A DNA stretch of 63,627 bases, filler included, from Reticulomyxa filosa (Eukaryota; Protista; Foraminifera): NCBI GenBank assembly GCA_000512085.1. It is 18 parts of 18 records of this genome, joined end to end, with 100 filler letters (N's around TTAATTAATTAA, not from the genome) between each part and the next. Parts side by side here need not be neighbours in the genome. Positions count along the whole stretch, not along the records: positions 35,467 to 40,951 come from ASPP01000756.1; positions 41,052 to 42,795 come from ASPP01015757.1; positions 42,896 to 45,161 come from ASPP01020284.1; positions 45,262 to 50,539 come from ASPP01013654.1; positions 50,640 to 55,471 come from ASPP01026070.1; 13 more parts are not named here. One strand, 5' to 3'. Every line of letters starts with the position of its first letter. Position 1 is the stretch's first letter. The notes under the pieces are model-generated. The model was not told where the DNA came from and searched no databases. It saw only the letters and a list, made by a program, of their open reading frames with translations. Both the position numbers and the translations under genes were made by a program. Positions 39,855-53,227 of this stretch are shown here, one piece after another.

Positions 39855-40488
39855 CAACAAAGCTTGGAAAGAAATTTTATATTTCCGAGAAATTCTTATT
39901 CTCGTCATTTGAGAAGCAGGACAACAATGATCACATCAACGTCACATACGAATCCAAACGATGACGACAACGATGACGATATTATAGCGGACCATCTTAT
40001 GTCTACTTTTACAATTGCACAGCAACAGCAGCAGCAACAACAACAGATTGGGTCGTTGGGGTCTCGTCCAACTCGCAGTATACGTAACGGAACACAGGAA
40101 GCAACACCTTATGTGGTGACGTCCACGACCACATCGACCCCTTTGACGATGTCGGCAGACACATTTTCGTCCTCGTCGCAGTGGTGCGGTCATGTGCGTT
40201 CGTACTCGTGTTTACAGCCGCAGTCAAGCCGTTTGGAAAAGGTAGTAGGAGCGAACAAAAGCAAGGACAGCATGTGGTCTCCGTCCCCAACCTCGATCCC
40301 GACTTGGACTCATGTAAGAGCAGGCCACAGTAAACGTCTTTCATCCTCACATATCCATGTGGATGCTCCTATCCATGCCCATGCTCAAAATAATAATACT
40401 GTTACTCATATCCATGCCCCGATTCATCGACATCGCCGTCATCGCTATCATCAATCTCAACATCAACAGCAGCATCAACATTATGATC

Positions 40489-40519
<31 letters not shown>

Positions 40520-40951
40520 TCATTCTCAACGTCGTCATCTGCGTAGTGAAAGTGTCACTATGCAGCGTCATCAAGCCTCTTTCAAGTTTGCTTGTTTTGT
40601 TTTTGTGATCTTGTGAGAGTGATAATGCCACACAATATACAATAATTGTCATTATGTGTCTTTTATTGTACCAGAAACACGGCGATGAAAATTAATGCAA
40701 ATGCATATGTAAAGGAGAGCCTAAGGACGCACGAGATAGAAGAATGGATAGCAAACGAAGATAATGATCGACTCAACGAAGAGATTGACGATGAAAATGC
40801 AAATGAAAATGAAGATAGGAATGAACCTGTCACTACACGAAGACGAAGAGAAAGAATAGAAGCAGATGAAGAAGAAGAAGGAGAAGATGATGACAATGAC
40901 AATGGCAATGGCAATGATAATGGTAATGATAATGATAATAATAATGATAAT
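39439..40951 (+). CDS. Low-complexity (poly-N/Q/E/H) protein, partial
   Basis: Co-oriented ORFs 39469-39687, 39759-40616 and 40646-40951 with homopolymeric amino-acid tracts; no recognisable domain. Confidence 0.45.
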
Positions 40952-41099
40952 NNNNNNNNNNNNNNNNNNNNNNNNNNNNNNNNNNNNNNNNNNNNTTAAT
41001 TAATTAANNNNNNNNNNNNNNNNNNNNNNNNNNNNNNNNNNNNNNNNNNNNGGGGGGGGGGCGGGGGGGGGAATCGGTCTGTTGATGTTGTTTGGATCA

Positions 41100-42006
41100 G
41101 ACGGTCGATACGACCGCCTCACAACAGCTTTGCATTGGAATCAGACTTGCGCTCGTCGATGCCCACTATCGTGTTGGGTGAGGACACAAACGCTAATTTG
41201 AAAAAACCAAAGACGCTAGAAGGGAGATACCGAACGCAATCCTCGCCCGAGGCTTTGCAAAGCCAACAGACCAGAGACAGAGACAGAGACTCATTTGCTA
41301 CCACTTACTCTGTAGTTTGTGTGTTTCGTGTTGCCACGTCCTTTCCACTCCACTCCACATACACTACTTTATATTATACTTATGTCTTACTGTTTTATAC
41401 GTGTCCACTATTTTCATTTCTAATTGTATGCTTACATTGATGATAATCATTATAATGATAATAATGATAATAATGATAATAATAATAATAATGATCAGAC
41501 GTCAAACAATAATGTTACCCCTGCTACCAATGTAGTGGTACAACGCAAAGAACATTCATCCACTATATTTAAACAAGTATATACATATACATATATATAC
41601 ATATACATATATATATATATATATGTATATGTTATGAAATACTCCACCTTTTTTTTTTTTTTTTTTTAACTAAAAAAAAAAAATAATGTGTCAAGCGCAA
41701 ATCGAAAGTGCAGTCGTTTAAACAAATGCCCGATTCAAACGCGCAGAACAGTGAGAAAGTGAGCGCGCGGCCGTCGGTGTCGATATCGCAAACCGTGCCC
41801 GCCATCGGCCCCACGACGAGGGGCTCATCTGGCGTCTGGCTGTCCAGCGAACGGGATCAGCGCGCACCCTCCCTATTTTCTCGGTTCCACGGCAATGCGC
41901 AACGTGAAGACAATCGTCATGAGGAGCAAGAGATGGAAGTGGAGATGGAGATGGAAGTCGAGGTGGACATGGAAACAGAGATGGAGGAAAAGATGAGATA
42001 TAGAGC

Positions 42007-42037
<31 letters not shown>

Positions 42038-42795
42038 CAAGAGCAAGAGCAAGAGCAAGAGCAAGAGCAAGAACGTAGAAGAAATAATGTTGATGAAGAT
42101 GATGAGTGCTAATGGAGTGATGACGTCAGTAGGAGATATGCTATTAATGGACAGCCAAGAGAGAATCAAAAAGGGATATATCGGACGAAGATGTATCGTG
42201 GGAAAAAGACCAGAACTGACAGCGGACAATCAGATTCGTTCGTCTTCTCTTTTTCTTTCGTGATAATGATAGTCTAATCACTCACGTCCATCGTCCCAAC
42301 AAAAAGAACCACTTTTTGGAACAGATCAAATCTTCTCCTCCACTCTTGGCATCATCCTCGACACAAAAAGATAAGAAAAGGGACGTCACTCATGTGAACC
42401 AAGACTCGACAAGTGCTCCTTCCTCTTTTCCATTCTCGTTCTCTTTCCCTGTCCAATCTTTGGAAAAGAAACAGAGCCGGCACAGCACACATCCCACGAC
42501 AATGTCTCTTCACTTTGACGTCGAAAGCCAACACCATCATTCCACTAGCACTGTCCATTCCACATTAAGTCCTTCGTCTCACCGGCCATTGGCCTATGTT
42601 GGCCTGCACACTGACGCTTGCAAACCCAAAGAAAAGGAAACCGAACAAAAGTATGACGTCAAAAGATTTACTCGCCCATCGCCCAATCCTGACTTGCGCT
42701 CTTCTTCTCGTGGTCGTTCTGAAGATATCGATATTGACCAACGCCCTTCGCATAGCTTGAAAACTGTTCATTACAACTTTTTTTTTTTTTTTTTT
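41100..42795 (+). CDS. Low-complexity Ser/Glu-rich protein fragment
   Basis: Co-oriented exon-like ORFs 41135, 41424, 41708 and 42316 separated by intron-like sequence. Confidence 0.4.
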
Positions 42796-42895
42796 NNNNN
42801 NNNNNNNNNNNNNNNNNNNNNNNNNNNNNNNNNNNNNNNTTAATTAATTAANNNNNNNNNNNNNNNNNNNNNNNNNNNNNNNNNNNNNNNNNNNN

Positions 42896-43600
42896 TCAAC
42901 CATGTGTGATAAGGGCTTGCCCTACAAATGTATTGTTTCAGTATATTAATTTCATCGTCTATATTTTTATTGTTTTTTAGTGGATCAACTTCAGTTTCAA
43001 TGACGTCACTTTTATTTATTTTGAGTCTTAATTTATCATTTTCTAATTTCAACTGATTTAATTCAGCCTTAATGTATTTTATACATTAATATTATACAAA
43101 CATGAAATATAACGAAAACAAACTCGATATCTATTGTTTTGTTTTGACACGTCATGATTTGATTATCTTTCCTTTCTAGTTCTGTAAGTGAATGTGTCTT
43201 CCAATATGTTTTTCTTTTTCAGTTGAATCTTTTTTTAATAATTCAAAATCTGCTCGATATTTGATAGATTATTGTTGTAGATTATTTTGCGATCTTTGTA
43301 CTTATTTTCCTTTTTCGTCACATTGTTGTCTTTCTTTCAAGATTTTCAATTGCAAATGTTGTTCAAATTGAAACAAATAAAATATTATCACAATCAAATT
43401 CTTTGAATTTGCATTCCAAAGATTTCAAAGAACATTCACTTCCTAAGTGATCTTTCATATTTTCAATCATTCCTTTAAATGTACAATATTGCCTTGTTTT
43501 TGTGATTGCGTCCTCTTCTTTTAATTTGTTTTTATGTTTAATTGAATTGCAAATTGTCGATTGCATATTACTGTTAATTCACTAGTGTACTTTCTTGTTG
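42896..43600 (-). pseudogene. Degraded TRAF-type zinc finger plus coiled-coil gene
   Basis: CTFKGMIENMKDHL..ECSL...ECKFKEFDCD, followed by a broken coiled-coil. Confidence 0.6.
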
Positions 43601-45261
43601 TTTGTGCCACAAAAACTCAATCTGTCTTATTTCGATTTTTTTTTAGCAATAGGGACAACAAATTTATATTAAGTTTTTTTTGTTCTAGAGTAGATTTTTG
43701 CTGATTAAAAAAACTCGTTTTCTACTCTATTTTTTAAAAAAGTCTTGCTTATTCATGTTTGAAAAGCATCTTTCATCTATTACAAAGAATTAATTGTTTT
43801 CACTTTCTATATATCACATATGAGGCAATTTAGTACCGTTTCTTTGTCGAAAGCACATGATCTTGAAGAATTTTAAGTTTGATGATATTGAATATTTTCG
43901 TTGTTTTGAGATGTTGTTCAAAAGAAGATATTGCATTGAATTAATAAATGGCATCACAATCATATACGCTCTTTTCGTTTTACTTTGTCTCTTTTTCATT
44001 CTGCAATCTCATTCCTTTCATGAGCGTGCTCTTTATCTAATAATGTTAGTATTGTATGTAGTTGATAAATGCGTTTGTGTATCAAAAACTTGACTTTGAT
44101 TTTATTTTTTATAAGCTTCATTCCACAAATTTACAAAAGAGAATTTCCATTGAAAAACTGATTTTTCTTTATAAAAATAGATACATTAAATAAAAATAAA
44201 AATTTTGCTTTGAAATTTTTGTTATCATCAACTAGTAGATGTTCAAATATTTCTGCAATAAAAAATTAAATAAAATAATATCACATTAAAAAAAGTGTTG
44301 TGCATGTGCGTTTACAGTATTTAAAGTAATTTTTGTACAAATATATTCATTATATTATTGAATAGAGTCACATGTGCTTTACAATAAATACGAATAATTT
44401 GATTTTGCTGATTTGTGTATGGAAAATATATTATTATAAATGTTTAAAAAATTTTCTCATATAAATCGAAAAATTTACTTTTTTTTAATTAATTTTTATT
44501 TATCTGTTACTAAAAATTGTCAAATTATTATTTTTTTTTATTTTAGTCTTATTTATAAGTTCATATGTTGATAGTAGAAATAAGCACAGCTATGACACTT
44601 TTTTTTTTCAATAAATATCTTCATAAAAAGTAATTATATATTTTTTTCTTCGATTGTTTGCAGTTTCCAAAAGAGTCCTAGCCTCTTCAAGGTGTTTGGT
44701 GATATTACAATTTAATTTAGAACAAATAAATGTTGTGGAGAAAGTAAGTGGAAACTTTTAAGAAAAAGGGGCAACATTACCACTGGGCGGTAGGTATCAC
44801 CTAACAAAGCAATCAGTGCTAGAGAATTTCATTAAAGTCATCGCTTGACAAAACAAAGCAACTTTCGGACTGAGAGTACATTGACAACAAGATGGGCAGA
44901 AAAAAAATCTTGAGGGAAAAACATTTGTTATGAAAGAAGATGTCTTTATTGAGTAGATATCGTATTTTGAGAAAGAAAGTTGAATAATGTTTTGAGAAAA
45001 GCGGATGGAAGGGAGGGGCAAAGAAGAAAATTTTTTTTTTTTGTTAAACAATTAAAGATTTATTAAACGAACAAAAAAAATAAAAAATGTGTCATTTGTA
45101 ATAAAAAAAGACGTGACAACAATCGGGGTATCAAAATCCAGAAAGCATCATGCGATCATCANNNNNNNNNNNNNNNNNNNNNNNNNNNNNNNNNNNNNNN
45201 NNNNNTTAATTAATTAANNNNNNNNNNNNNNNNNNNNNNNNNNNNNNNNNNNNNNNNNNNN

Positions 45262-47117
45262 ATGCAAAGTGCAAACAAACAACTACTTTTTTTTTTTTTT
45301 TAAAGCATGATGTATCCCAATATAAGAGTAAGGAGGATACGTGTGTAAATTTTTTTTTAGGTAACAAAAATTCAACACGTGCCCGACCAAAAGTTATGTA
45401 ACTGTAAAATATTCCTTGCCTTTTACTGTTCCTTTATGGGTTCCGGTGCTTCCCCCAGTCAATTCGATTCCATAAAATATACCTTGAGCATAATGCACCT
45501 CTCCAATGTACCTTTATTTTTTTGAAAATATCTGATATATTTTTATCCAAATAAAAAAAAATTTAAAAAAAAAAAAAAACCTGATGTAGCCCTCTCTATC
45601 TTGTGTTAAGATGACCAAGTCTCCAACTTGGTATTCGTTTTTTTTTTGCTCCGATGCATCAGCTCTTTTATTGGAATTACGTTTGGGATGCTGTCGATAT
45701 CCAAAACCAATCTTTGTAATTGCATTTTCATCGTCAAAGTATTCGGCGTCGAGTAGATTAGTGTCAGGTTTATTCGAACGTTTCAATTTGAGGACTTCGT
45801 AAATTGACGGAAGAGAGTCCGATTCAATAATGTATCGCTGTTCTTCTTCGTCATATCTGATCATCATCTCACCTCCTTTCCAATGATTGCTGCCATTCGC
45901 ATTGATTGTTATGTGTCCATCTTTTCCATCCGATTCATTCAGACCATGTTTGCATAAACATGTGGACATTATAAAAAAAAAAAAAAGGAGGGAAGATAGA
46001 GTGTACATTAATTCGAGCAAAAAAAAACAAAACAAAACAAAAAATAATAAGCTTGTGACTGAGTGTTTAATTTTGCGTGATGCTGACCTGCAGAAATGTC
46101 ATATCGACACTGAGTCCCATCATCATAAGTGAGATTCCATACTCCATAAATTATTTCCATGGAGCTGTTATTCGATGAATTGGAAGGAACAATACCCAAC
46201 TCTTCCCCTTCTTCTTTCAATATCTTACCTGTTAACTTTTTTAAAAAATAAATAATAATAAAAATTGAAATTGTAACTTTGTCTGTTCAAAAGGGGATAT
46301 ATGTACATGCACATATACATGCGAAATGTATGTGTATGTGTAATAACCCAACATCAAATTTAATTTGCAAAGACTCTTGTCTTCTTTGTCTATTCGGAGA
46401 CGAATTGTCTTTGTTTGTCATTTTTCTTCGAATGTTATTGTGGTCAACAAAAATGCATCTTTGATCTGTTCCTTGGAAATAATTCTTTCCTTGGTAGGTT
46501 CCATTGTGTTCTCCAAGGCTTCCGGCTATCAATTCTATTCCATATTGCAATGTAGATTCACTAATCCCGGATACAATCCCAATATATTTCACTATCCCCT
46601 CTCGGTCTTTCGACAGCAACACGCGATCACCAAGTTCATAATTATTTGCGTATTGCGTCATTTTACCTTTGATTTCGAGCTTTTTTTCGTCATCAAAATG
46701 TACCAATCCTAATGTTCTATTTTGAATTTGACTTTGATTTGATTGTGATGGCTTATGTCCTTTTGCTTCGTTACTTGGCTTTTGAGGAGGCGAACCACCA
46801 CTCACTACTTCAAATATGCTTCGAGACAACGCATTTTCTATGCAATATTCATTTGCGTCTTTATCATATGCAATCGTCGTATTTATATTATCCCAATTGT
46901 TTATATTCGATGGAATTGTCGTCACATGTCCGTCTTTTTTTTTTTTTTTTTGTTGAGTTGTTTGTTTCTTTGGTTAAGTTTACAGAAAAGTTTTTTTTGG
47001 GGTATCCAGCTCACCACGAGCAATCATATAAGTTGCAATGGAACCATTTTGGAGTCTCACTATCCACGTACCACTAACCATGGAAAGTGGTCCTACCACT
47101 TGTATAGTTAGTGACAT
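45262..47117 (-). CDS. Tandem CAP-Gly domain protein, 3' end uncertain
   Basis: YELGDRVLL..REGIVKYIG..YGIEL..GEHNGTYQGKNYF and YQVGDLVIL..REGYIR/YIGEV..YGIEL..GTHKGTVKGKEYF. Confidence 0.85.
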
Positions 47118-47461
47118 TTTTCTTATCAGATTGGTTTTTTTTCAAACTTTTTTTCTCTGGTTAACATTTCTTTGACGTCCGTACCCACTTTTTTTGTTGG
47201 TATGCAAAAATATAACAGTGGTCAAATAAACTATGCTTTTAAATCATATCGTATATCTTAAGCTTGTCACATTATTTAACTTTCAAAAATAGTGACCTTG
47301 TCATATTAACAGTTTTCTTTCGGAAAAACAAACACAAGAAGATTTTGACTATTTCTTTCAGCGAAATAAAGTCAAAAGTAAATGGCCATACATCTCCACT
47401 GACGAAAATAGTAGTTAATGGAGATACATAGACAGCACAAAAGAATGCGTGTTCATAAATA

Positions 47462-48930
47462 TTATATCAACAAAAATCTGCTGTAAGCACACAAGATTGA
47501 CAAGAAAATAAAGATCTCCGTTTGTTGAACTTTTTTTTTTAAATCATTCATCCTTTTTAAAAAAAAGTGAAAGTAACTTGAAACAAACAAAAACAAACAA
47601 AGCAATGCAAAACAAAAAAAGGAAAAAAACACATTACCATTGTTCAATAAACGCTTTGGTGCCTCCCGAATATGAAGCTCCTTGAATTTGGAAAGGAGAT
47701 TCGTTGACCAACTCACCTTTTTCATTACAATAAACAACGGATCGTATATGCAAACCCCTCAGCACTGACAAACATTGAGTGCATGGACGAGAACAACCCA
47801 GTTGCAAGTCCAATTCGCTTTCACAATCATCAACTTTTTCATTGAAAAGGCGAGCCCACTTTTTTTGTGGTGGTGGTTCGATGAAACGAATGACAACAAG
47901 TGTGCATCGTTTTAAGTAACGAAATTGACGACACTTTGGCGGCAGACCATTGATGGCACCTATTTCTGCATGCCTCGTCACCATATTCGATATATTGTCT
48001 CCCAATTTCGACAACAACTTGTGAAAATTGCTGTGTGCGCGCACGACACGATATAGTAAGGACAAGTTATGAAAAACAAACAAACAAACAAAAAAGAAAT
48101 TTTCTTTAGAAATTTCCACTCCACTCTCTACACGTTTGTGCCAACAAAAAAAAAAAAAAGTTAGGAATAAATTTAAAAACTGATGTAATTTCGGTGAGGC
48201 CATGCCACAAAAGCGAATAGGTGTAATTCGTTTTCCACCCTTAATGATAAATGCGCACAACTGAATGTTTTTATTTTTTAATGGCGAAATGTGGTTGAGA
48301 CCTAATTTCTTGCGACGCTTGCTTCGATTTGCGGCATATATACTCACGTTTTCTATGCTTACGTGTGACTTTGATTTATGTTTTTTGGTCGGAAAGGAAA
48401 TGCTTGTTCTTCCCCTTTCTTTTGATTCGGGTGCGAGTGCTGACGTAGATGTGGATGAAAATGCGGGTGTGAAATGAGTGTGGTATGATGAACTTGCTTG
48501 CTTGGCTCTGTTATTCGCATACGGGACAGCCCCATAGAAGACAGTCCCGTACCCCACTCTCATCATCTGGCGTATTACCGCTTTCCTCGCTACCACAACT
48601 AATACTAGGGCTTGAGCTGCATGTGCTCTCCGTCGCTGATGCTGTCGATATGGTTGATGCTGTACTCCACGTGTCCTGACAGCCAGGCGAACATGATAAA
48701 CGTTGCGGAGCACCTTGTTTGGGTAACTTTTCTTGATACTTTTGTCGTCTTTCTTCCAAACAGTGCTGCTGCAAATGGGAGATGGTCGTGTACACAATTG
48801 GCGGGACATTTGCCCTGTTGTTCTTGTTGTGCGAAGCGTAATGCAGCTTAAACACCAACGGGTCCAGTTCCACGTCCACCATTTTCTCTTCTTCATTTTT
48901 TTCTAACAAATTTTTTTCCTTATTCAGCAT
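47462..48930 (-). CDS. Zinc-dependent cytidine/CMP-deaminase-fold protein with long low-complexity N-terminus
   Basis: HAE (47964-47972), CTLVVIR, SRPCTQC (~47772-47792), IRSVVYCNEKG; intron 48031-48180 and a terminal intron. Confidence 0.85.
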
Positions 48931-49518
48931 TATACTGAGCAATGAAAACTTATTCAAATCTCGCAAAAATGTTTGAGTTTGTGGCTCCTGTTTCTTCTTT
49001 ACTTCCTCTCGACTTTGCTTAACAGTACTACATTTACAATCAGAAAAATTTTATCTTTTTTATCAATTGGGAAGACATACAAATATGACTTTGCTTTCAA
49101 ATTTAATGCATGCTTGATATGTTCAACAGAAAAAATAATTGAGAATTTAGAATATGTATGTGTGGTTCACAAAATTCTGTGCAGAATGATCTCAAAAGTC
49201 CGAAGCCATCATTAACTTTTTCAGTTTTAATTTTGAAATATTTGTGGATAGATAATATCATAATTAATTATTTCCTTTAAATTACCAAAGGCAAAACACG
49301 AAACATTTATTACAACGTTTATAACAAATAAAAAAAAAGATTATAGTACATGAAGTGTAAGCGGCTTTTTTGTTATTCTGCGTTATCTATTCTCTTAACA
49401 ACTCAATAAATTTTTACAAAAAGACAATGAATTTTACAACCCACCAGTCACGAAATACCACAGCAGAGAAAAAAGAAGAGAATACAAAAAAAGATAAACG
49501 GGAGAAAAAAGAAAAGCC

Positions 49519-50421
49519 TCAAGGAATTTCAAAGTTTCCAGAGCTTTGGGCCGGAACATGTCCAAATAGTCGGCGTTTCTTCTGTGACTTTGCGTCTTTT
49601 TTTGCAACTTTTGATGCTAGTGTGTACAATTCTTCTGGTTTGACTATGTCTTGTTTTTGTAGCTCTTTTTCCAAAAAGTTATACAAAGAAAGCTCTTTGT
49701 CGCATGTGTACGGAGTCTGAACAAAAAGACACACACACACACACGCACGCATGCACACGCATACGAAAAAGATGTCAGAGCATGTATCATAACAACTCAT
49801 TTGGATAACAGAATGATGTAAGACATAACTTTTTGATACAACAAACTATTTTCAATTTGAGTATTCAATCGAATCAGTTTGCTGAAATTAACAGTGCCAT
49901 CGTCTTTACGTTTGCGTGTTCCTTCTTCGATGGAAACAAGATCGGACAGGAAAATACCGGTGTAAGGGATCATAGGTGCGCATGCCTCTCTGTGAATCCT
50001 TCGAAGGTTCGACATGTTGTGTGCGGTCCTAAAAATCACTTTCATTCTTCGAATCTTGCCAAATGTTTACTTGGAACAAATTTCCAGGCCGCTTTCAGTT
50101 TGTGGATAGGTGCACTTGTCAAGGCACCGTGCACAGCACTCAGGCTTTGAAAATTGTGTAGTAAAAATAATTCCTGTAAGAAAGCAACAAATAAACAAAA
50201 CTAAAAAATGAAGCAAAAAAAAAAAATAAAATAAAAAAATGAAAAATAAAAAGAGACCATACATTTGCAAGCTTTAAAAATTTTTTAATCAAGCGCCCAC
50301 GCTTTTTCGCATCAGGAGCACTCAAGATAGTTGTCTGCACAAATTTAGATGTTCGATTGAATTGATCAATGAATTTGCAAATGTTGGGTGCCAACTGTAA
50401 CTTATGTTCACTTTTCCAAGC
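49519..50421 (-). CDS. RasGEF (CDC25 domain), C-terminal part
   Basis: APNI..FIDQFN, NFQSLSAVHGALTSAPIHKLKAAW, PMIPYTGIFLSDL..IEEG, VNFSKL. Confidence 0.92.
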
Positions 50422-50960
50422 CTAAATGAATATACGTATATATCATTTATTAAAAAAAAAAAAAAAAAAAGTTAAATTTGTAATGACTATTTTTATTTGT
50501 TGTTTTGGTATTTTTTTTTAAAGAATAAAAAAAAAAAAANNNNNNNNNNNNNNNNNNNNNNNNNNNNNNNNNNNNNNNNNNNNTTAATTAATTAANNNNN
50601 NNNNNNNNNNNNNNNNNNNNNNNNNNNNNNNNNNNNNNNTTGAAAGAATGATATCTATCTCCAACATAAAAAAAAGTTATTCAAAAATCAATATTATATT
50701 TAAAAACTACAAGAATTTTTTTTTTTTTAAATTAGCTTTAAATGTTTATTTTTCATTTAAGAAAATCTATCATCTTCATAAAGGTGGTGTTCAGTTTGTT
50801 TTTTTTTTTTTGCAACATACTGTAGTACAAATTTTGTTTTGCAAATAATCGATTCAAGGAAAGTCCTTTTAACAATTTGTGACATAAATATTAAAATTTA
50901 ATGCATTTATTGTAAGAAAAGATATAAAAAAAAGTTGTATATTGTCCAAATCTTTGATTT

Positions 50961-52618
50961 TTATTGCTCCAATAAGTTAGGTTTGTTTTCAATTAATTTA
51001 GGCTCATTATTTGTGATCTCTTGAATATGTTGACTCCAAACACAGTCTTGAAGAGAGTCTAAATCAATGGAAATAAAAACATTTCCGTTTGAAGTCTGCT
51101 TTGTGTCGATTTTCAAATGTGGAAACCAAGTGAGTAAAAAAGTTTTGCATTGAGACAATTCGGAAGATGAAATGGCAGTGTGTGATAAGCGAACATTGAT
51201 CACATTTGTAATGGCTTGCAAAAATTGTTTCTGTTGAATGTTCAACAGCAGACATAATAAGAGGGATTGTAGTTCTATATCGCCCCATCCTGCCAAATCC
51301 AATGATGAAATAACTTCATCAGGCCACAAATATTTCTGAATGTGATTGTTGTCAAGCCAATATGTAATTAATCCAGACAACCACATTCGGTTCTGTTGCA
51401 AGTCTCCCTCCAATGAGAGCAAGCATTGTAAAACCGGTACGAAAAAGTGTGTTTGCAAATGGAACGGAATGTGCATATTGTCTTGTTTAGCATATCGATT
51501 ATACGCATATTCCAAGTGAATGTGTTGCATCTGAGAAGGTAAATGTTGCAGCACATGAAATAAGGAGTCGTCACAAGTTGAAATTCTAGAGACAGTTTGT
51601 CGAATCAAGTGAACATATCGATGCAAGTACATTGTGTCTTGGATGTGGAAATCAGTCCTCCAGCGCAGCAGTTCCACAAAGCGATACGTGAGTATGAGTC
51701 TTTCAACATCCATCGCAGTAGTCGTATTTGTATCTATTTCCTTTGGCAAGAACGCCTCCAGACACTGTCTGATCACACGTGAATACACAGGCATGTCCAA
51801 TACGTCTGTCATCATCTCAAAGTAATTTAGAATTCTCTGGCGATCATTAGCAGCACACAAGATGGATAGTACGGTGGTCATGATCGTAGAAGAGGGTATC
51901 ATCTGCAAATTTTCAACACTTTTCTTGAACACATGTTCGACCACTGTAACTATTGTATCCTGATATATTTGATCTCGAAACGCCAAAGTATCATTCATGT
52001 CCTTTGTATGTGTCGCTATTTTATACTGCAACAGACTATCTTGACAGTGCTCAATGCATCGCAACAGCGACAATACCAACGTAGTATGATTCTGCTTCGA
52101 CTTGTTGGCATTTGAAAATAGTTGTGTCTCGGCCTGCAGCAGCAGAAGCCACACAATCTTACCTTTGTTACAATTGTGATATAAACGCATCAGCTCGATA
52201 TACGTCTGCAGCGTCGGACACATCCCTTTCAGCATGTGCAATGCATCTGTGATAGCATGCAGATATTGCGACTGTGACATCTTTCTGTATCGCAAGGCGA
52301 TACCACGCAGATATAAATTTGCCATTGCCATTGTCAATTGCACTCCATCCCGTTTCAGGTCTTCCAACAGTATTGTTTTCATCTTTTGCAATGTCATGTC
52401 CACCTCTTCGCTTGTCGTTTCTGTCGTATTCATCGCCAATGACCTCACGTACCATGTATAAAACCCTTTTGTTTTTTGCACTTTGTTCTCCTCCATATCC
52501 TTTTTTATTGCTTCCAATGACGCGAAATCGCGCAATTCCACCAGTTCTTTAGACTGCTGTTATACACTGACGTCTCTCGTGTTGTTGTTTTCTGCAACTG
52601 TTCCCTGCAAGATCACGA

Positions 52619-52654
<36 letters not shown>

Positions 52655-52912
52655 GTATTTATGTTTATGTTTTTTTTTTTTAAACTTCAAAAAAAAATCC
52701 TATTCGTATTACCAGACGTCTTCTGAAGATCTTACTTTGAGCACGTCGTGCTTGCTTGATTTCAGGTACATGTCCAACGAAGAACGCAGTGAAGTCAATA
52801 CTGCTGTGGAAATGCTTCGCTCACTTGTTCGCAGCCATAAGCGACCCTTTCTTAGGATTCCCAACCTTAATGCTGGACACAAGACTGAAAAGTTGTAGCA
52901 ATATATCGACAT
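50961..52912 (-). CDS. Divergent PPR-like helical repeat protein, possibly mitochondrial, with possible degenerate SMR-like C-terminus
   Basis: PPR-like segments PTLQTYIELMRLY, PSSTIMTTVLSILC, LLEDLKRDGVQLT; Arg-rich N-terminus; LDLAGW near the C-terminus. Confidence 0.55.
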
Positions 52913-53227
52913 TATTTACTAGTTTTTTTTTTTTTGCCTCTTCCCCCCCCCCCCCCTCACTTGCCTTTGCGTTCTTTTCTTGGGTTAGTCCAACGTGCAA
53001 GTAGCAACCTAAAAACAAAACATAAATGCGTGTAATAAGAGACTTCTCGCAACTTACGTGGACTTGAAGAATAATCGTACATCAACAAAGTTTTAAATCA
53101 GTTAATAGACAGCTTTGAATCAAACTGATGTATAAGTATCATCAAAATGGACGTTTTAGCACAGACCAAAAGAGTGTAGAAAGTGTTTTTTTTTTTGCTG
53201 AAAAAACTTGTGTGAAGTCTCTTAATC

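Noticed and set aside
45417-45428. U5 snRNA loop I sequence GCCTTTTAC
   Set aside because: Antisense to a CAP-Gly coding exon, with no flanking stem or Sm site
47462-52912. Deaminase and PPR-like gene as a linked RNA-editing module
   Set aside because: They lie on different contigs separated by the linker at 50540, with a RasGEF between them; proximity is not evidence of function
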